Source of the DNA: the human T2T-CHM13v2.0 reference genome, Homo sapiens
Strand: one strand, 5' to 3'
DNA: 64,000 nt
Assembly: GCF_009914755.1 (NCBI RefSeq)
Contig: NC_060937.1
Positions 14,970 to 32,286 of the stretch are shown one piece after another. Within the stretch, counting starts at the first letter, position 1. Each line of letters starts with the position of its first letter. The notes under the pieces are model-generated. The model was not told the DNA's origin. It did not search any database and saw only the letters and a program-made list of their open reading frames with translations. The translations under genes and the position numbers were made by a program.

Positions 14970-16031
14970 TGCTCTATGGTCAGAAGTCGGCTTGACTGGA
15001 AGATGATATTGACGCTGTGCTTTTTTTCAGGCCTCTCTGCTCTTGTTCTCTCTTTGGGATCCTGCTTCTCCCATGGGAACTTCTCAGTTGACTGAGAATC
15101 TCTTTTCGAACCACTGATAATTACATCTCGGGCCCTCAGCCGCTTCCTTTCTTGTTGGTGTGATTTTTCCTAAGGATAATATAGAACTTCATTAGTCTTT
15201 TCGGGAAATGTGAGATCGCCCCAAATTGGCTCCTGGAAGACCTCTTCTTTCCTTTGCTTCCGCTCTTCCTCCCTCCTTTGTCCACTTTGAGCTTCTATGC
15301 AGCTCCCTTGTACCTTTAAATACGTTCCACTTTGAGCCCCCACCTCCACCTGGTGGTCAGTGGATAGAAAATTGCTGAAAGGAAACATCGGAGGTAAAAA
15401 GGTAAGAAGGATTCTGGTCTCTACGGCTAAACTTTAGTTAAGATTCAGAACCTTCTCCCGGGCTTCTTTGCGGACTTCCTTGCAAAATTCTGTAGTGAAG
15501 TCGAGTTTATAGCCACTCTCCAGAGAGCCTTAAGACCAAATTAGAGGGAAATGTAAGTTTTCTCAGAAATGAATGTCTTGTTCATTCACATGGGTCTTTG
15601 GAAACATTCAGACAGCCCTTAGATGTCTGCTCAGTCACCAGCCTAAAATCTGGTCCACAGCCTCCGTGAGATTGACCTCTGGTTAAGAGGCTTTCCCTGT
15701 GCCCTTGAGACATAAATTTCCCACCCGTCTTCTCTAGAATTTAGTAGTTATCTTTTGAAAATACAAACTTCAGGGAGATGGTTGTCATCAGGAAAAAAAA
15801 AGGAGAGGGAAGAACCATGTTTAGCTTTTTAGTTTTTTTGCTTTTGTGATATTTTGGATGCTTGCCTGATATGTCAACAAGAAAAATACTTAAGATAGTG
15901 ACTAGCTTTGTTTAATATCTCCTAAAATATTCATGAACTGTTCAAGAATAATTGTTAATAAGTGAATTGAATAAGATGTGAGATAAAAGTTTGTACAAGA
16001 ATTTTTCAATAATAATTATAATATACGTCTT

Positions 16032-16339
16032 CTTTTTTTTTTTTTTTTTTGAGACAGGGTTCTCACACTGTCACTCAGGCTGGAGGGCAGTAGCCTGATC
16101 ATAGCTATAGCTCACTGCAAGCTTTGAGCTCCTGGGCTCAAGTAATCCTCCTGCGTCAGCCTCCTGAGTAGCTGGGACTAAAGGCAGGCACCACCATGCC
16201 TGGCTAATTTTTAAGTTTTTTGTAGAGACAGGGTCTCACTATGTTGCCCAAGCTAGTCTCAAACCTGGGCTCAAGCAATCCTCCTGTCTCAGCTCCCCAG
16301 AGTGCTGGGATTATAGGCATAAGCCACCATGCCCAGCCT
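16032..16339 (-). mobile_element. AluJ
   Basis: Antisense dimeric Alu, J-type ctcctgggctcaag. Confidence 0.9.
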
Positions 16340-16343
16340 ATAA

Positions 16344-16777
<434 letters not shown>

Positions 16778-16864
16778 TTAAAGTAATTGGCCTAGGAAAC
16801 AGATTTTGTGCTTTATAAAGATAATTTCTTGTGCTTGTGCTGTCTTTTATTAGGTCTTTGATTA

Positions 16865-17070
<206 letters not shown>

Positions 17071-17933
17071 ATTTTTTAAGTTAGTCTTCTCAATTAAAAG
17101 AGCTAAATTTTTGTTCACAACTATGGAACTTTCTGTATGTCTTTAAAATCTTTTATTGTCACTTTAATTAAATAGATAACCAAGATCACATTTAATCAAG
17201 TGTTTTAAACCTTCTGGCATTTTTGGCAGATTTCCCAAAATCAAAGTCTAAATTAAGCCTTTATGACCGCTAATTAACTCTGGGATTTTCCAACTGGGTC
17301 CTTGAAAAGTTCAAAGGGGTCTCTTACTTTGTAAAAGAGAAATACTGAAATGACTAGGCTTTTTTGATGAGTTGAATTATATGGGAAATATTGTCAAAGA
17401 ATAGGTGTTGCTAAAACTTCAAGTTATATGTATGGGTATGTTATTCACATGAGTGTTCCAAAAATTGTATGAGAGTCCTAGAAATCTAATGCTATCGGTC
17501 ATAATTTTAGTTACTATGTTAAATGCTATATGCCACAAAAATAACCACATTTCCTTGCTAATTTCTGAACTTTCATCAGAAACTTCATCAGAACTTTCAT
17601 CAGAATTCTAACCATCGCTATTTCAAGTCTTTGTCATCTAGTTATTGTTTTGATTCTTCTCTAAAAGCATTTACAATCAGCTACCATGTCAAATTGCGTC
17701 TCTTCATGGAGATTCATAGAAAAGACTAATGAGTACTCTTGAATACAAGTTTCGAATCTCTTTAAGATCACACCATGAGATTGGATAAGAATTTCTAGAA
17801 CTCTAATGAAGAAACTGATAGCTTTATGAAACTGCTATCCTAACATCAACCAGAACAAGAATTAATTATGTGAGACTAAATGAACCTATGAGGATAATTT
17901 TTTAATGACTTTTTATTTGGAACATTGCTGATT

Positions 17934-18349
<416 letters not shown>

Positions 18350-19626
18350 TAGTAGCTATTTGTGAGTATTCTTATTTGTATGGTAATATAGTTATTTGCC
18401 TAACTTCAATTAGACTGTGTTCTCCTTGTAACAGGATACAATTGGAAACCCTGGTTATATTACCAAGGCTTTGACTGGAATGTCATATTTTCAGATATGA
18501 CCAGGTAGCTTTAAGGAACTAAGGTTGACTTTACGGAGCTAATAAAGATGCCCTTGGTAAAAATGGCCTGAGGGTTCCCAGCCTTACAGGTGAGTAAGGA
18601 TTGTCACTTCTTGGATGGCTCAGGAACCTCACGATATTTTGGGGCCATCGAGAAGAGAAGAATTCACCCAAATCTATAAGTGTTATAGACATAGTCTGTT
18701 GGTAAGTCCTTACTTTGGCTTCCTAACCTTGGGAGGTCCAGCTTTAGATTTCTTATGAAAAGTTCCAGCAAAGCAAATTTTACGTGGCCCATCACTATTC
18801 TCACTGCACCTATGTAAATAATCAGGCCAACTTTCATGAGACTAAACCTATTTTACAAACAAATCAGTCTTCCTTTGATTATCTTTGGTAGAAATGGGAG
18901 TGACTCTAGAGAGAAAAATTGTTGTGGAAGAGACTATACTGCACTCATTATTAGACTCTACCTCATTGTTTTTGTGGGTTCATCATCTACCTAAAATCTA
19001 GACTGAATCCTAAATTTTTTAGTTTCCTCCAATATCTGACTACAACTCTCCAAACAAATGTTCCAATTTTCCTCCCATCCCCTGGCTTGGAATTACTGAA
19101 ATTAAGACCACTCTGTTTCTGGATCCCTGTGAGCTGAAGTTGGGCCACTTGTTGTAAACTTCAGGGAAAGCGCCTCAATAGCTTATTTATGGACAGCCTC
19201 ACGGTGTTACTGTATGAACTACTCGGAAAGTTCACTAAGACACCTGATGCCAACTGCAGACCAGGAAAATCTGTCAGATTCCCACTGACTGGTCTTACTC
19301 CAGCTGAAGATGCTTTGAGCCTAACATCTAAAAATCCCCTTAACTGGCTGCCCTCTGGACTCAAAAACTGAGTTTATAGTTTGTTCTAATCACAAATCTT
19401 TGTTTTTCTTTGTTTTCATAGAAATGCCTCTTCTTAAATGCTTGATTGCTGTAACCACATAGAGGTGGAAGCCCATCTGCAAAACCACCTCCTAAAATGA
19501 GACACAGCTGTTAAGTGTTTAACTGAACTGAACTATTTGTGGAACTGAGAGACTGGTTCAGTGGCCTGTGGGACAATCCACCAACCCCATTTCTGGACTT
19601 TTCCCAAGAAGTTTCAGACAGGGGAA

Positions 19627-20264
19627 TACTGGGGCTCAGAAAATGATGCTTCTAAATCTGGTGCCTTGGCATGCTGAGTACCTTGAACTAAAGGAGATTG
19701 TGAAAGCCTCAGAAGCAAAGTTGCTCTAAGACCTTCTTCCATCTTCCTGTCTCCTATCCCTCATTCTCCCCTGAAACAAGTCATGGAAACCAGAATTCCT
19801 CTTCCCTAAGGCAGATCATAGAAATTCAAACTCCTCTCTCCTAGAGCGAGCCATAAAGCCTAGGAGGCCACGCTTTCCCTTCTCTCTCTTCCCTCCTCCC
19901 TGGAGGACCCTCATTCCAGAGGTGCTGCCCCATACCCAGGAGGAAGGACTGCTACAGAGAGGCCAAGAAGCATCTGAACAGACAAGCCTTGCTGGGTTTC
20001 TGCTGTCAGTCTATTACAATTCTATCACTCTTCTGTCCAATCGCATTTTTACATGGCTGTCCATTCTTCATTGAACAGAGGCATAAAAACAGTTTTCCTT
20101 GGGTCTTTGGGTCTTCGTTTCTGAAAGCTCCTGTATCACATAAAATTTTGATTAAATTAATCTGTTAAGCTTTTCCCTTGTTAACTCCCTCTTTCATTAT
20201 AGGAGTTTCAACTATGGCCCTTATGATAGCTGAGGAAAGATATCATACCTTTTCTGCCTCTGCA
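19627..20264 (+). mobile_element. 3' LTR of the same provirus
   Basis: tactggggctcagaaaatg...tttctgcctctgca, followed by TTGG (matches 12847-12850). Confidence 0.85.
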
Positions 20265-20422
20265 TTGGGCAAATTACTTCTTTCTGAACATTATCTCTGC
20301 GTAATGCTTGTCACTGAAATAATACTTACCCCACAAAATACTTGTCTCTGAAATTAACTCTGAACATCAGTTTCCTACTCGATAAAATGGTGTAGCAATT
20401 GCTGTTGCATGTGGTTGTTTTA

Positions 20423-20610
<188 letters not shown>

Positions 20611-20683
20611 GAAAGAGAGGGAGAGAGAGAGGGAAGGAGGCAGGGAGGGAGGGAGGGAGGGAGGAAGGGAGGAAGGGAGGAAG

Positions 20684-21040
20684 TGATATGGCTTGGCTGT
20701 ATGTACCCATCCAAATCTCATCTTGAATTGTACTCCCTAATTCCCACGTATTGTGAGAAGGATCTCCCGGTGGGAGATAATTGAATCATGGGGGTGGTTT
20801 CCCCCATACTGTTCTCATGGTAGTGAATAAGTCTCATGAGATCTGATGGGTTTATCAGGGGTTTCCACTTTTGCATCTTTCTCATTTTTCTCTTGCTGCC
20901 GCCGTGTAAGAAGTGCCTTTCGCCTCCTGCCGTGATTGTGAGGCCTCCCCAGCCATGTGGAACTGTGAGTCCAATTAAACCTCTTTTTCTTCCCAGCCTC
21001 AGGTATGTCTTTATCAGCAGCATGAAAATGGACTAATACA
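20684..21040 (+). mobile_element. THE1A-like solo LTR (MaLR)
   Basis: TGATATGG...GGACTAATACA termini; flanks ggaag/gaaag; sits inside a purine-rich simple repeat. Confidence 0.9.
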
Positions 21041-21433
21041 GAAAGAAAGGAAAGAAAGAAAAGAAGAGAAAGAAAGAAGAAAGAAAAGAGAAAATTAAAT
21101 TGTGTTTATAAAGTCATCAGTAGACAGTTAAGTATCTAGTCAATGTGAGTCCCCATTCATTCCTGCTCCCCCAAAAACACACTTTCCCCTTTGGAGACCT
21201 ACCCAGACTATGTGACCTCATGATCTTAGAAAGACATAGAAAGAAGCAGAGTGGGGCTGTTTAAAGATAATTTTCAGGAAAAGATAAAATCAAGAGTCTC
21301 ATTCATATATTACAACACACACATGTTAAGTGTTTTATTTGCTCCTTTGATGAGGAATTCAGTCAGATTTTACAATGGGCTCAAAAAAGAAGTCAAGAAG
21401 CACAAGTTAATATGGGTGTAAAGGAACTGTTGA

Positions 21434-21772
<339 letters not shown>

Positions 21773-22772
21773 TAAAAACTGTTTCTTTTTAACAGGTTGG
21801 AGAGGGGAGTCAGCCAGACCTCTATCAGACAGGACAGAATTCACATGGCTGTTTTCTGTTATCTGTAGTTTGCGGAGTTGTAAAATAGCTCAGAATATGA
21901 CTCAGAATCAGAAGGAAAAAAATCCTACTCTGACAAGGCATAAGAGTGGGTTAGAGATGATGCATAGTTTTTCATCGGAATACACATTTTTTTTCTACCA
22001 CTGAAGGCGTGTGCTGCAATATTTTTCTCCCTTTTTATTTCCTGCTTCCAAGACTTAGATCATACAGAAACCATCCTGCTGTGGCCCAGGCCTGTTGTGA
22101 GATCACTAAAAATCAAGGTTCTGGGTTCTGGAAAAAAAGCTTCAGACTCCAGAGACAAGCGAAGCAGTTTGCTAAGAATCAATGCATCTTGCAACAAAGA
22201 AAGCCCCAGCCGTGCAGCGCAGCCCACGCTCCTCCTCCTGCCCTGGTCCAGGTTCAGTCTCCCTGGCTCAGGCTGGCTTTAGGTCTGCAGCCCTGGGCCT
22301 GCTGGGAGGCAAATTGACCAGTGCAGCGGCTCCTACTCAATTTCACTCCCAGCAGGCTGCTCAGGGAAAACTCTCTGACCAGCAGAGCCACACCACTGGC
22401 TCCCAGTTTCAAGCCCTAGCGCTCTGCTCAATAATAAAAAAACACATTCTTTTCACACCTCCAATTCTTGAGACTCACCAGAAGGCCATGCACTCTAATT
22501 TGGGACCCCTCACCCTCACCCATTTCTGAGCTCATGAAAATATTAGTCCTAACATGGCATCATCATGTTGACAGTGGATGGGCATCTTGCCTGTGACTGT
22601 CCTTGCCAGACAGTGCCTTGCTTACCATGCAGGGTTACTAATTAAGTGCACAAAGAAAGCGATCTGGAATCGTGTGTTTTTTTTTCAATTGATTGAACTA
22701 CCTGGCTTCTATGGATTAGCAAGTGGATTGGCAAGTGGATTCAGCTCCTCTTGTTGCTCCATTCCAGTCTTT

Positions 22773-23449
<677 letters not shown>

Positions 23450-23454
23450 GTTTA

Positions 23455-23642
23455 TGGGAGTCCACTGTTTTGGACTTGCCTCCTACACTAGGTAGCCCCC
23501 AGTAGACCAGACCAAACCAGGATAGAGTCACTTGTGCTAAGTTCCACCTAATCAAACCAAACTTTGAGATGGAGCAGAGTTCCAAAAAACATCAGATTGG
23601 GGTCAACCTGAGTCAGCAAAATAAGGAAGTCCTCTCTGTTTT
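23455..23642 (+). mobile_element. ERV1 LTR fragment (MER72-like)
   Basis: ctgttttggact...agaccagaccaaaccag...gagtcacttgtgctaag. Confidence 0.5.
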
Positions 23643-23945
23643 ATCTGTTTATCTGTTGATGGACTTTTAGTTGTTTTCACTTTGGGGCCGTTATGAATAA
23701 TGCTGCTAGGAAGAGATGTCTGGAAGTTTTTGTGTGAACATATGTTCTCTTGGGTATCTACCATGCAGTAGAGTGGTGGAGTCACGTGATGACTCTGTGT
23801 TAACCTTCTCAGGACCCGCCAGGTTGGTTTCCATACCAGCTGCACCACTTTACAATCCCACTGATGGGCTATGAGGGTTCCTATTTCCCTGCATCTTCAC
23901 CAACACTTGTTATTATCTGTTTTTTAATGATAGCAGCTGGTTTTG
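23643..23945 (-). mobile_element. L1M fragment
   Basis: gttgatggac...ttatgaataatgctgct...catcttcaccaacacttgttatt. Confidence 0.75.
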
Positions 23946-24119
23946 ATGTGTCGGGGATGATTGATGAGCGTGGCAGATCTAGGTTGGAGCGGAATGGGCG
24001 TCCACGTTAGGCTCAGTATGTATTGCACACCGTGGCAGGGAGTGTCTTCTTTTGGGTTCCCTCAGAATCAGACCCCAAGAAAAGGATTCCAATGCAAGTA
24101 GTTTCTTCTGGGGGAAATA

Positions 24120-24285
24120 AACTGCAAATGGACATGAGGGATCTTTTAAGGTGATGAGAATGTTCTCAAATAGGATTGTGGTGATGGCTGTGCAGCTCTG
24201 TAAATGTAGTAAAGATCATTGAATTGTACACTTAAAATGAGTGAATTTTATGGCATGTAAATTATTTTTCAATAAGGCTTTTAAC
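24120..24285 (+). mobile_element. L1MB/MC-type 3' end
   Basis: gtggtgatggctgtgc...cattgaattgtacacttaaaa...tcaataa. Confidence 0.75.
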
Positions 24286-24412
24286 CAATGGCACAGAAAG
24301 ACTTAAAACAGGCACAGGGATTCAGAAACAGCCTGCCTCTTCATCTATCTCCATTAACAGACATCTTATTGCCCCTAAATCAGAATCCATTCTGCTGCTG
24401 GGGCAAAACAAC

Positions 24413-24846
<434 letters not shown>

Positions 24847-25878
24847 TGGCTGCAAAACAACTTTTGCTGTTGGAAATCCATCAGACATTGATGGCTATAA
24901 GCTGGACAAGTGACCTAACTGCCTTGGGCCTCATTTTCTCCACAAGGACAGTAGTGGGTGTTCCTTACAGATCACAGGAGTGCCCAGCACCTCTAAATCT
25001 GATAACATTATACGTGTTACATGGTGCCCTCAGGGATGATTTCTTGGTGTTATTGGGGCATAAATACAGTAATGGGATCGTCATCCAAACAAAAGTGGAT
25101 TGGAAAAGCATCCTAGTCCCAAGACGCTTTATAAAATGAATGTGACTTTTAAAATAAATAATATAACAGTGCTAATAAAGAAGAATGCAGCGCAGGGCAT
25201 GCATAAGGCCAAGTACATTGGGGAAGAACGTTGCAGTGCGTAGCCTTCTGGGGGTGAGGCTTTTAACAATTTATAGGGTTATAGCAACTCAGCTTCAGGA
25301 AACCTCTAACTCAGCTTGATGAAGAATGAGAGGAATTTCCATTAGTTACTCCAGCTCTTACCCAGTACTCCTGATGATAAAAGAAAATGGAAACGACTGA
25401 AGCATGCTTTATATAACCAAGATTATTGATTTGATGAAAGCGGGTAATAAACTACAGTAATGCCAGATGTGATTGGTTGAATTAGGTCATATAAACTCAT
25501 TAGTTTTAGTCAAACTCTCTTTTAAACACAAGTCCAGAAATTTATCTTGCATTAGAACTTTTAGTAGCCCAGGTTTCTGTCATAATTTTCCCTCAACAGT
25601 TTTATAGTCAGTTGTGATTACCATCAGTGTTTTGAGATTGTACTTTATTAGCTGCTAAAAAAATTAAGTCAACCAATGAAAGCTATTTAGAGGTAAGTTT
25701 CATAAAATACTGTCTTCTGGGTGTCTTAATTTCAGAGTGAAGCTTATCAAAAGAAAAGAATATTGCACATGACCAACTTTTAAATGATTTTGTTTTCAGA
25801 AAGTGACAATTCTACTGGTGATTTTTATTATTTTCTTCATTTTTTCTGAATTTTATAAATATGCTAAAATAAATTGGA

Positions 25879-26215
<337 letters not shown>

Positions 26216-26419
26216 TTAGTTTTAGGCATTTTAGTTGGTTTAATTATGGCAAACAATATCCAAATATACTCCAGTCATAAAAGATTTCAGCAACCCTAAA
26301 TTGCCTGCAGTAAAAAGTGAAGTCCTACAGCACTGTTACCACCAACCTCAACTTCCTTTGTGCTATAGTTGTGACAACGTAACAATTTAATATGCATTCT
26401 GCTAACACTTTGCACTCAT

Positions 26420-26750
26420 ATGAAGTTTTCATGGCATTGTATGTTTTCATTATATAATATGTTGTGATTCACCTTTCGGCTTAACAAAATCTGGGTGATC
26501 TGTACATATACATACTTCATTTTTTTTTTCATGGCTGCATAGTATTCTGGTGCCGTAGCTTATTTCACAATCCTCACATTGATGGACAGTCCCTTCGTTT
26601 TCCAGTTCGCTGGGCATTCTTTGTACATACACGTTCGCGCACAGGAACAAATATTTTGTAGGAAAGATTCCTAGAAGTAGAATTGGTGGATCAAAGGGTA
26701 TTTGCATTTTTAGTTTCTGTAGATGCTGCCATATTTCTGTTCACACAGTA
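26420..26750 (-). mobile_element. L1ME-type fragment
   Basis: atggctgcatagtattc...gattcctagaagtagaattggtggatcaaaggg. Confidence 0.7.
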
Positions 26751-26822
26751 GCACAGTGGCCGTTCCCCAGGATGGGAGTGACTAGCATGCCAGGATGGGG
26801 GAAGCCTTCACAGAGGTGGTGA

Positions 26823-27126
<304 letters not shown>

Positions 27127-28405
27127 GAGGTGGTTTAAAAAGGTAAATAGGGATTGATTTGGAAGACAAGGGACAAAGTGGAAGGCACCATGCAAATATA
27201 TTCCAGACAGCAGTAACAACATGTGTGAATGAAGGGAGAAATGGGCTGGTGGAAGTATAATCACAACGACAGAGTTTAATTCCCCATTTGTAATGGGCAA
27301 ACAGATGGAGTAACAATAAATAGCCCAAGAAAAAGGGATCGAAACAATATAGCTAAGAAGGTAAATTAATCTATACCAGAACTTGTATGTCACAAAGAGA
27401 GGTTACATATTTTTCTTCTCCTTTTATTTGGAAGATGTTTACATCTGGAGAAAAGGGGAAAGAAGCAGACTTCTCCAGTGGGGCACTCAGTCTGGTGCCA
27501 GAAAGCATATCAAATCAGAGCACAGACCTGGCTGAACATGGGGCTACTTCCCAAGGTGTCAATTTTCTTTGAAGATTTTCAGGTGAGTAAAACATTGTTT
27601 TCATAATAAAACCAAATTGAATATTTCTGAAGCAGAATGCAAACTTTTTGTTACCTTTTAAGATGTCACTCAAACCTTCAAAGATGATTTTCTAAACCTC
27701 AGGAAGTGTACTAATTCCCCTTGGCCATCAGGAAGGCTTTGGTGGAAATGTTTGAAAAGCATAAAACCAAAATGTCTCATTTGTCCCAATTTTACTATTT
27801 GGCCCCACCAGATCTTCAACTTTATTGTCACCATTTCTCTCCACTCCAGGTGACCTGGCCTTTTGGGATTTTTTCTTATTTTCCAAATATTCCTGCATTA
27901 GCATCTATTTCACCCCTGCCTGGAATCATCCTTGAAAGGCCAATTCAAGCCTTACTTCTCTGAAACTTTTCTAAGCAGAATGGAAAGGCAAGAGTAAACC
28001 TTTGGCGACTGATAAATTGTATTAATGTATTGTTTCCAATTGTTCACTGCCTTTACCAGTAAGATTTCCTTACCAGTTTCCCTGTCATTGCCATGACCTG
28101 TCTATAGAAGGCGTAGACCTCTCTGCTGCCACTAATAGCGGGCTTGGCCAACTGACTTGCTTTGGCCAATGGTAGTGAGTAGAAGTGATAAACTGCACAT
28201 CCAAACAGCAGCTCTCAGAAACAGCATGGCTCAGTCATTTCTCTTTTCCTTCGCCACAACAAAATGACAAGTCTGATGGCTGCCCTTTCAGACTGAGTCC
28301 AGGAATGAAGAGGACACAGGAGCAGCACTGTCAGCAAGACATAGCCGATGTGTGGTCTGAGTGAGAAACAGATTTTTACAGTTAGAAGCTAATGAGATTT
28401 GGCGA

Positions 28406-29328
<923 letters not shown>

Positions 29329-29829
29329 GAGCCATTTGTTATTACAGCAAACTGATACAAAAACTGGTGGGCCTGAATTTCCGCTTATGCTTGCTGAGAG
29401 AAATTTATGTTCTGAAATGGCCTTGGTCAGATGTTCCTCCAGCTTATAAATTAAATATGGGTAATGTTCTTTCCTTTCTGGTGAAGAACAAATAGGATGA
29501 ACAAACTGTGTCTGTTGTGTTGGTATTAAGTCACAGTAATACATCTTCTTTTTCAGAAGATAAGTTATACATACTGCAGTAAGAAAAGACACTGGATAAT
29601 ATTTGGCAAATTTTGGGAGAAACTTCTCCATCTAAACATTATTCTTCCTTTGCAGTTTTAATGTTTCTGTTAAAGAATAAATAAGAAAGTGCTCATTAAA
29701 TGTGCTTGAAACCCTCACTTAGAATTATGACTGGAAGTCCCATGGCCAATTGTAAGGGCCTAGGTTGGCAAAGAGAAATCAGTCCCTCCCCATGCCCTCC
29801 AGTTTTTAGGAGATGCGGTCTTGCTCTGC

Positions 29830-30110
29830 CTCATGCAAGAGGCTGTTCCCCCATGCTGTTCTCGTGATAGGGAGTGAGTTCTCACAAGATCTGAGGGCAT
29901 TTTAGAGGGCTGTTTCCCCTTCGCTCAGCACTTCTCCTTCCTGCTGCCTTGTGAAAAAGGTGCCTGCTTCCCCTTCACCTTCTGTCATGATTGTAAGTTT
30001 CCTGAGGCCTCCCCAGCCATGCTGAACTGTGAGTCAATTAAAGCTCTTCCCTTTATACATTCCCCAGTCTCGGGCAGTTCTTTATAGCAGTATGAAAATG
30101 GACTAATACA
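29830..30110 (+). mobile_element. THE1C/D-like LTR, 5'-truncated
   Basis: ccccatgctgttctcgtgatag...ggactaataca. Confidence 0.85.
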
Positions 30111-30337
30111 GTGGGAGAATTGCTTGAGCCCAGAAGTTTGAGACCAGCCTGGGAACATGAAAAAACCCTGTCTCTACAAAAATTACAAAACTTAGCTGGG
30201 CATGGTGGCATGTGCCTGTAGTCTCAGCTATTTGGGATACTGATGCAAGAGTCTTGCTTGAGCCCAGGAGGTCAAAGCTACAATGAGCCATGATCACGCC
30301 ACTACACTCCAGCCTGGGTGACAGAGAGAGACCCATG
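30111..30337 (+). mobile_element. AluJ lacking its first ~50 nt
   Basis: Begins gtgggagaattgcttgagccc directly after the THE1 end. Confidence 0.85.
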
Positions 30338-31395
30338 ACTTGATGCTTGTTATGCCTGCGTGATGGGTACGTGGAGAGTTCTTGTATATTCTCCCAATTT
30401 ATGTGTAATTTAAATCTTTCCATGAGAGAGAGAGAAAAAAAATAGGCCTATTTCAGAGAAGGGAGTCATCTGATTTGACAAATGTTTAAAACAACTGAGT
30501 AAACTTCTTAACTTACTGAACCTCAGTTTATTCATCTATGATATGGGATTAATGATAACTATTTCACTGAAGAGTATTTTAATAAGAGAGTGCAAGGACA
30601 ATACCCCTTTGTCCACATAATAAATACCTGTTTGTAATGAGACTTTTTTGCTTTGGTTACTTAAATAACCCACTAAGTATTTGATATCTCCAGGTAGGAA
30701 GTCTGCTGTTGCAACTTGATTGCAATAAATCATTTGGATTTGGGCAGCTTGCTATTTTTAATATAAATATGTGATTGGCTCCTGGCTTAGTATTTTAAAT
30801 GGCCAGTGGATATTTTTTCCTGGACATCTCCAGCCCATAGTTGTCTGCCTATTCTCTATGAATTTGTAACCCCAGCCCAGCTGCTTTGTAGACCTCTCTT
30901 TAGAAGGATAAGGGCCACACTCAGCCCTCTCATAAGAGGGAAGACCCAAAGGCCATCTCAGCAGCACAGCCCATGGACATCTGCATTGCTGCATTGAAAC
31001 TGCTGAGGTTCACTGGTCAATGCAATGATCCTCCACTGACCAGAGGAGGGGGGACATGAGTTCCCTGAGGACCCCTGAATCCCTGTCCACCATCAGCATG
31101 CATGAGCAGGCTTTGGCTCCTGATGGTTAGAAGTTGTAACCTTTAACTGCCTTGTTTGGAAATGAATTCTTCCCATATTTTCCCACTGGCTCTTGGAAGG
31201 ATGAAAAATCATTTTGAAGGGAAAGAACCTGCTTATAATTTCACTTTGCAACTAGAAATGTATTTCTTTACTCAGACAAATGCAGATAAATTGGGAAATA
31301 ACTTATTGGGAAAGAACTTAATGCTGTTCTCAATCCATGTGCGTTTTCTTTCTGAGTTCTCTCAGGTGTTTAAGCTTTCAGAATATGTAGTGAAA

Positions 31396-31627
31396 GGTGG
31401 CTTATGCCTGTAATCCCAGCGCTTTGGGAGGCCGAGGTGGGCAGATCATGAGGTCAGGAGTTCGAGACCAGCCTGACCAACATGGTGAAACCCCCGTCTC
31501 TACTAAAAATACAAAAATTAGCTGGGCATGGTGGCACACACCTGTAATCCTAGCTACTCAGGAGGCTGGGGCAGGGGAATTGCTTGAGCCCAGGAAGCAG
31601 AGGTTGCAGTGAGCTGAGATCATGCCG
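31396..31627 (+). mobile_element. AluS truncated in the right arm
   Basis: Stops at gagatcatgccg where the LTR12 fragment begins. Confidence 0.9.
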
Positions 31628-31902
31628 TGTCCAGAATTGATGGGTTCTTGGTCTCACTGACTTCAAGAACGAAGCCACGGACCCTCGTGGTGAGTGTTAC
31701 AGTTCTTAAAGGCAGCGTGTCCAGAGTTTGTTCCTTCTGATGTTCAGATGTGTTCGGAGTTTCTTCCTTCTGGTGGGTTCGTGGTCTCGCTGGCTTCAGG
31801 AGTGAAGCTGCAGACCTTCGCGGTGAGTGTTACAGCTCTTAAGGCGGCGCGTCTGGAGTTGTTCGTTCCTCCCAGTGGGTTCGTGGTCTCGCTGGCTTCA
31901 GG
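31628..31902 (-). mobile_element. LTR12 (ERV9) 3'/U5 fragment
   Basis: tgtccagaattgatgggttcttggtctc...gaagctgcagaccttcgcggtgagtgttacagctcttaagg, with internal U5 repeats. Confidence 0.9.
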
Positions 31903-31931
31903 GCGATGCACAACAAACAAACATTAATTGC

Positions 31932-32230
31932 ATGGATGGATGGATGGGTGGATGGATGGGTGGATGGATGGATGGGTGGATGGATGGGTGGATGGATGGA
32001 TGGATGGATGGATGGATGGATGGGTGGATGGATGGGTGGATGGATGGGTGGATGGATGGATGGGTGGATGGATGGGTGGATGGGTGGATGGATGGATGGA
32101 TGGGTGGATGGATGGGTGGATGGATGGGTGGATGGATGGATGGGTGGATGGATGGATGGATGGATAGATGTGTGGGTAAGTAAGTGACCATATGAATCAA
32201 TGGATAGAAGGGTGGATTGATGGATGGATG
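31932..32230. repeat. (TGGA)n/(TGGG) tetranucleotide repeat
   Basis: Directly visible. Confidence 0.97.
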
Positions 32231-32286
32231 ATTAGGATCCACTTTCTGTGTGTAGCTATCCCTCTGTGATTTCCGCATAAGATCTA

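Noticed and set aside
17568-17605. Three copies of aac(t)ttcatcag
   Set aside because: Ordinary slippage duplication in decayed ERV sequence
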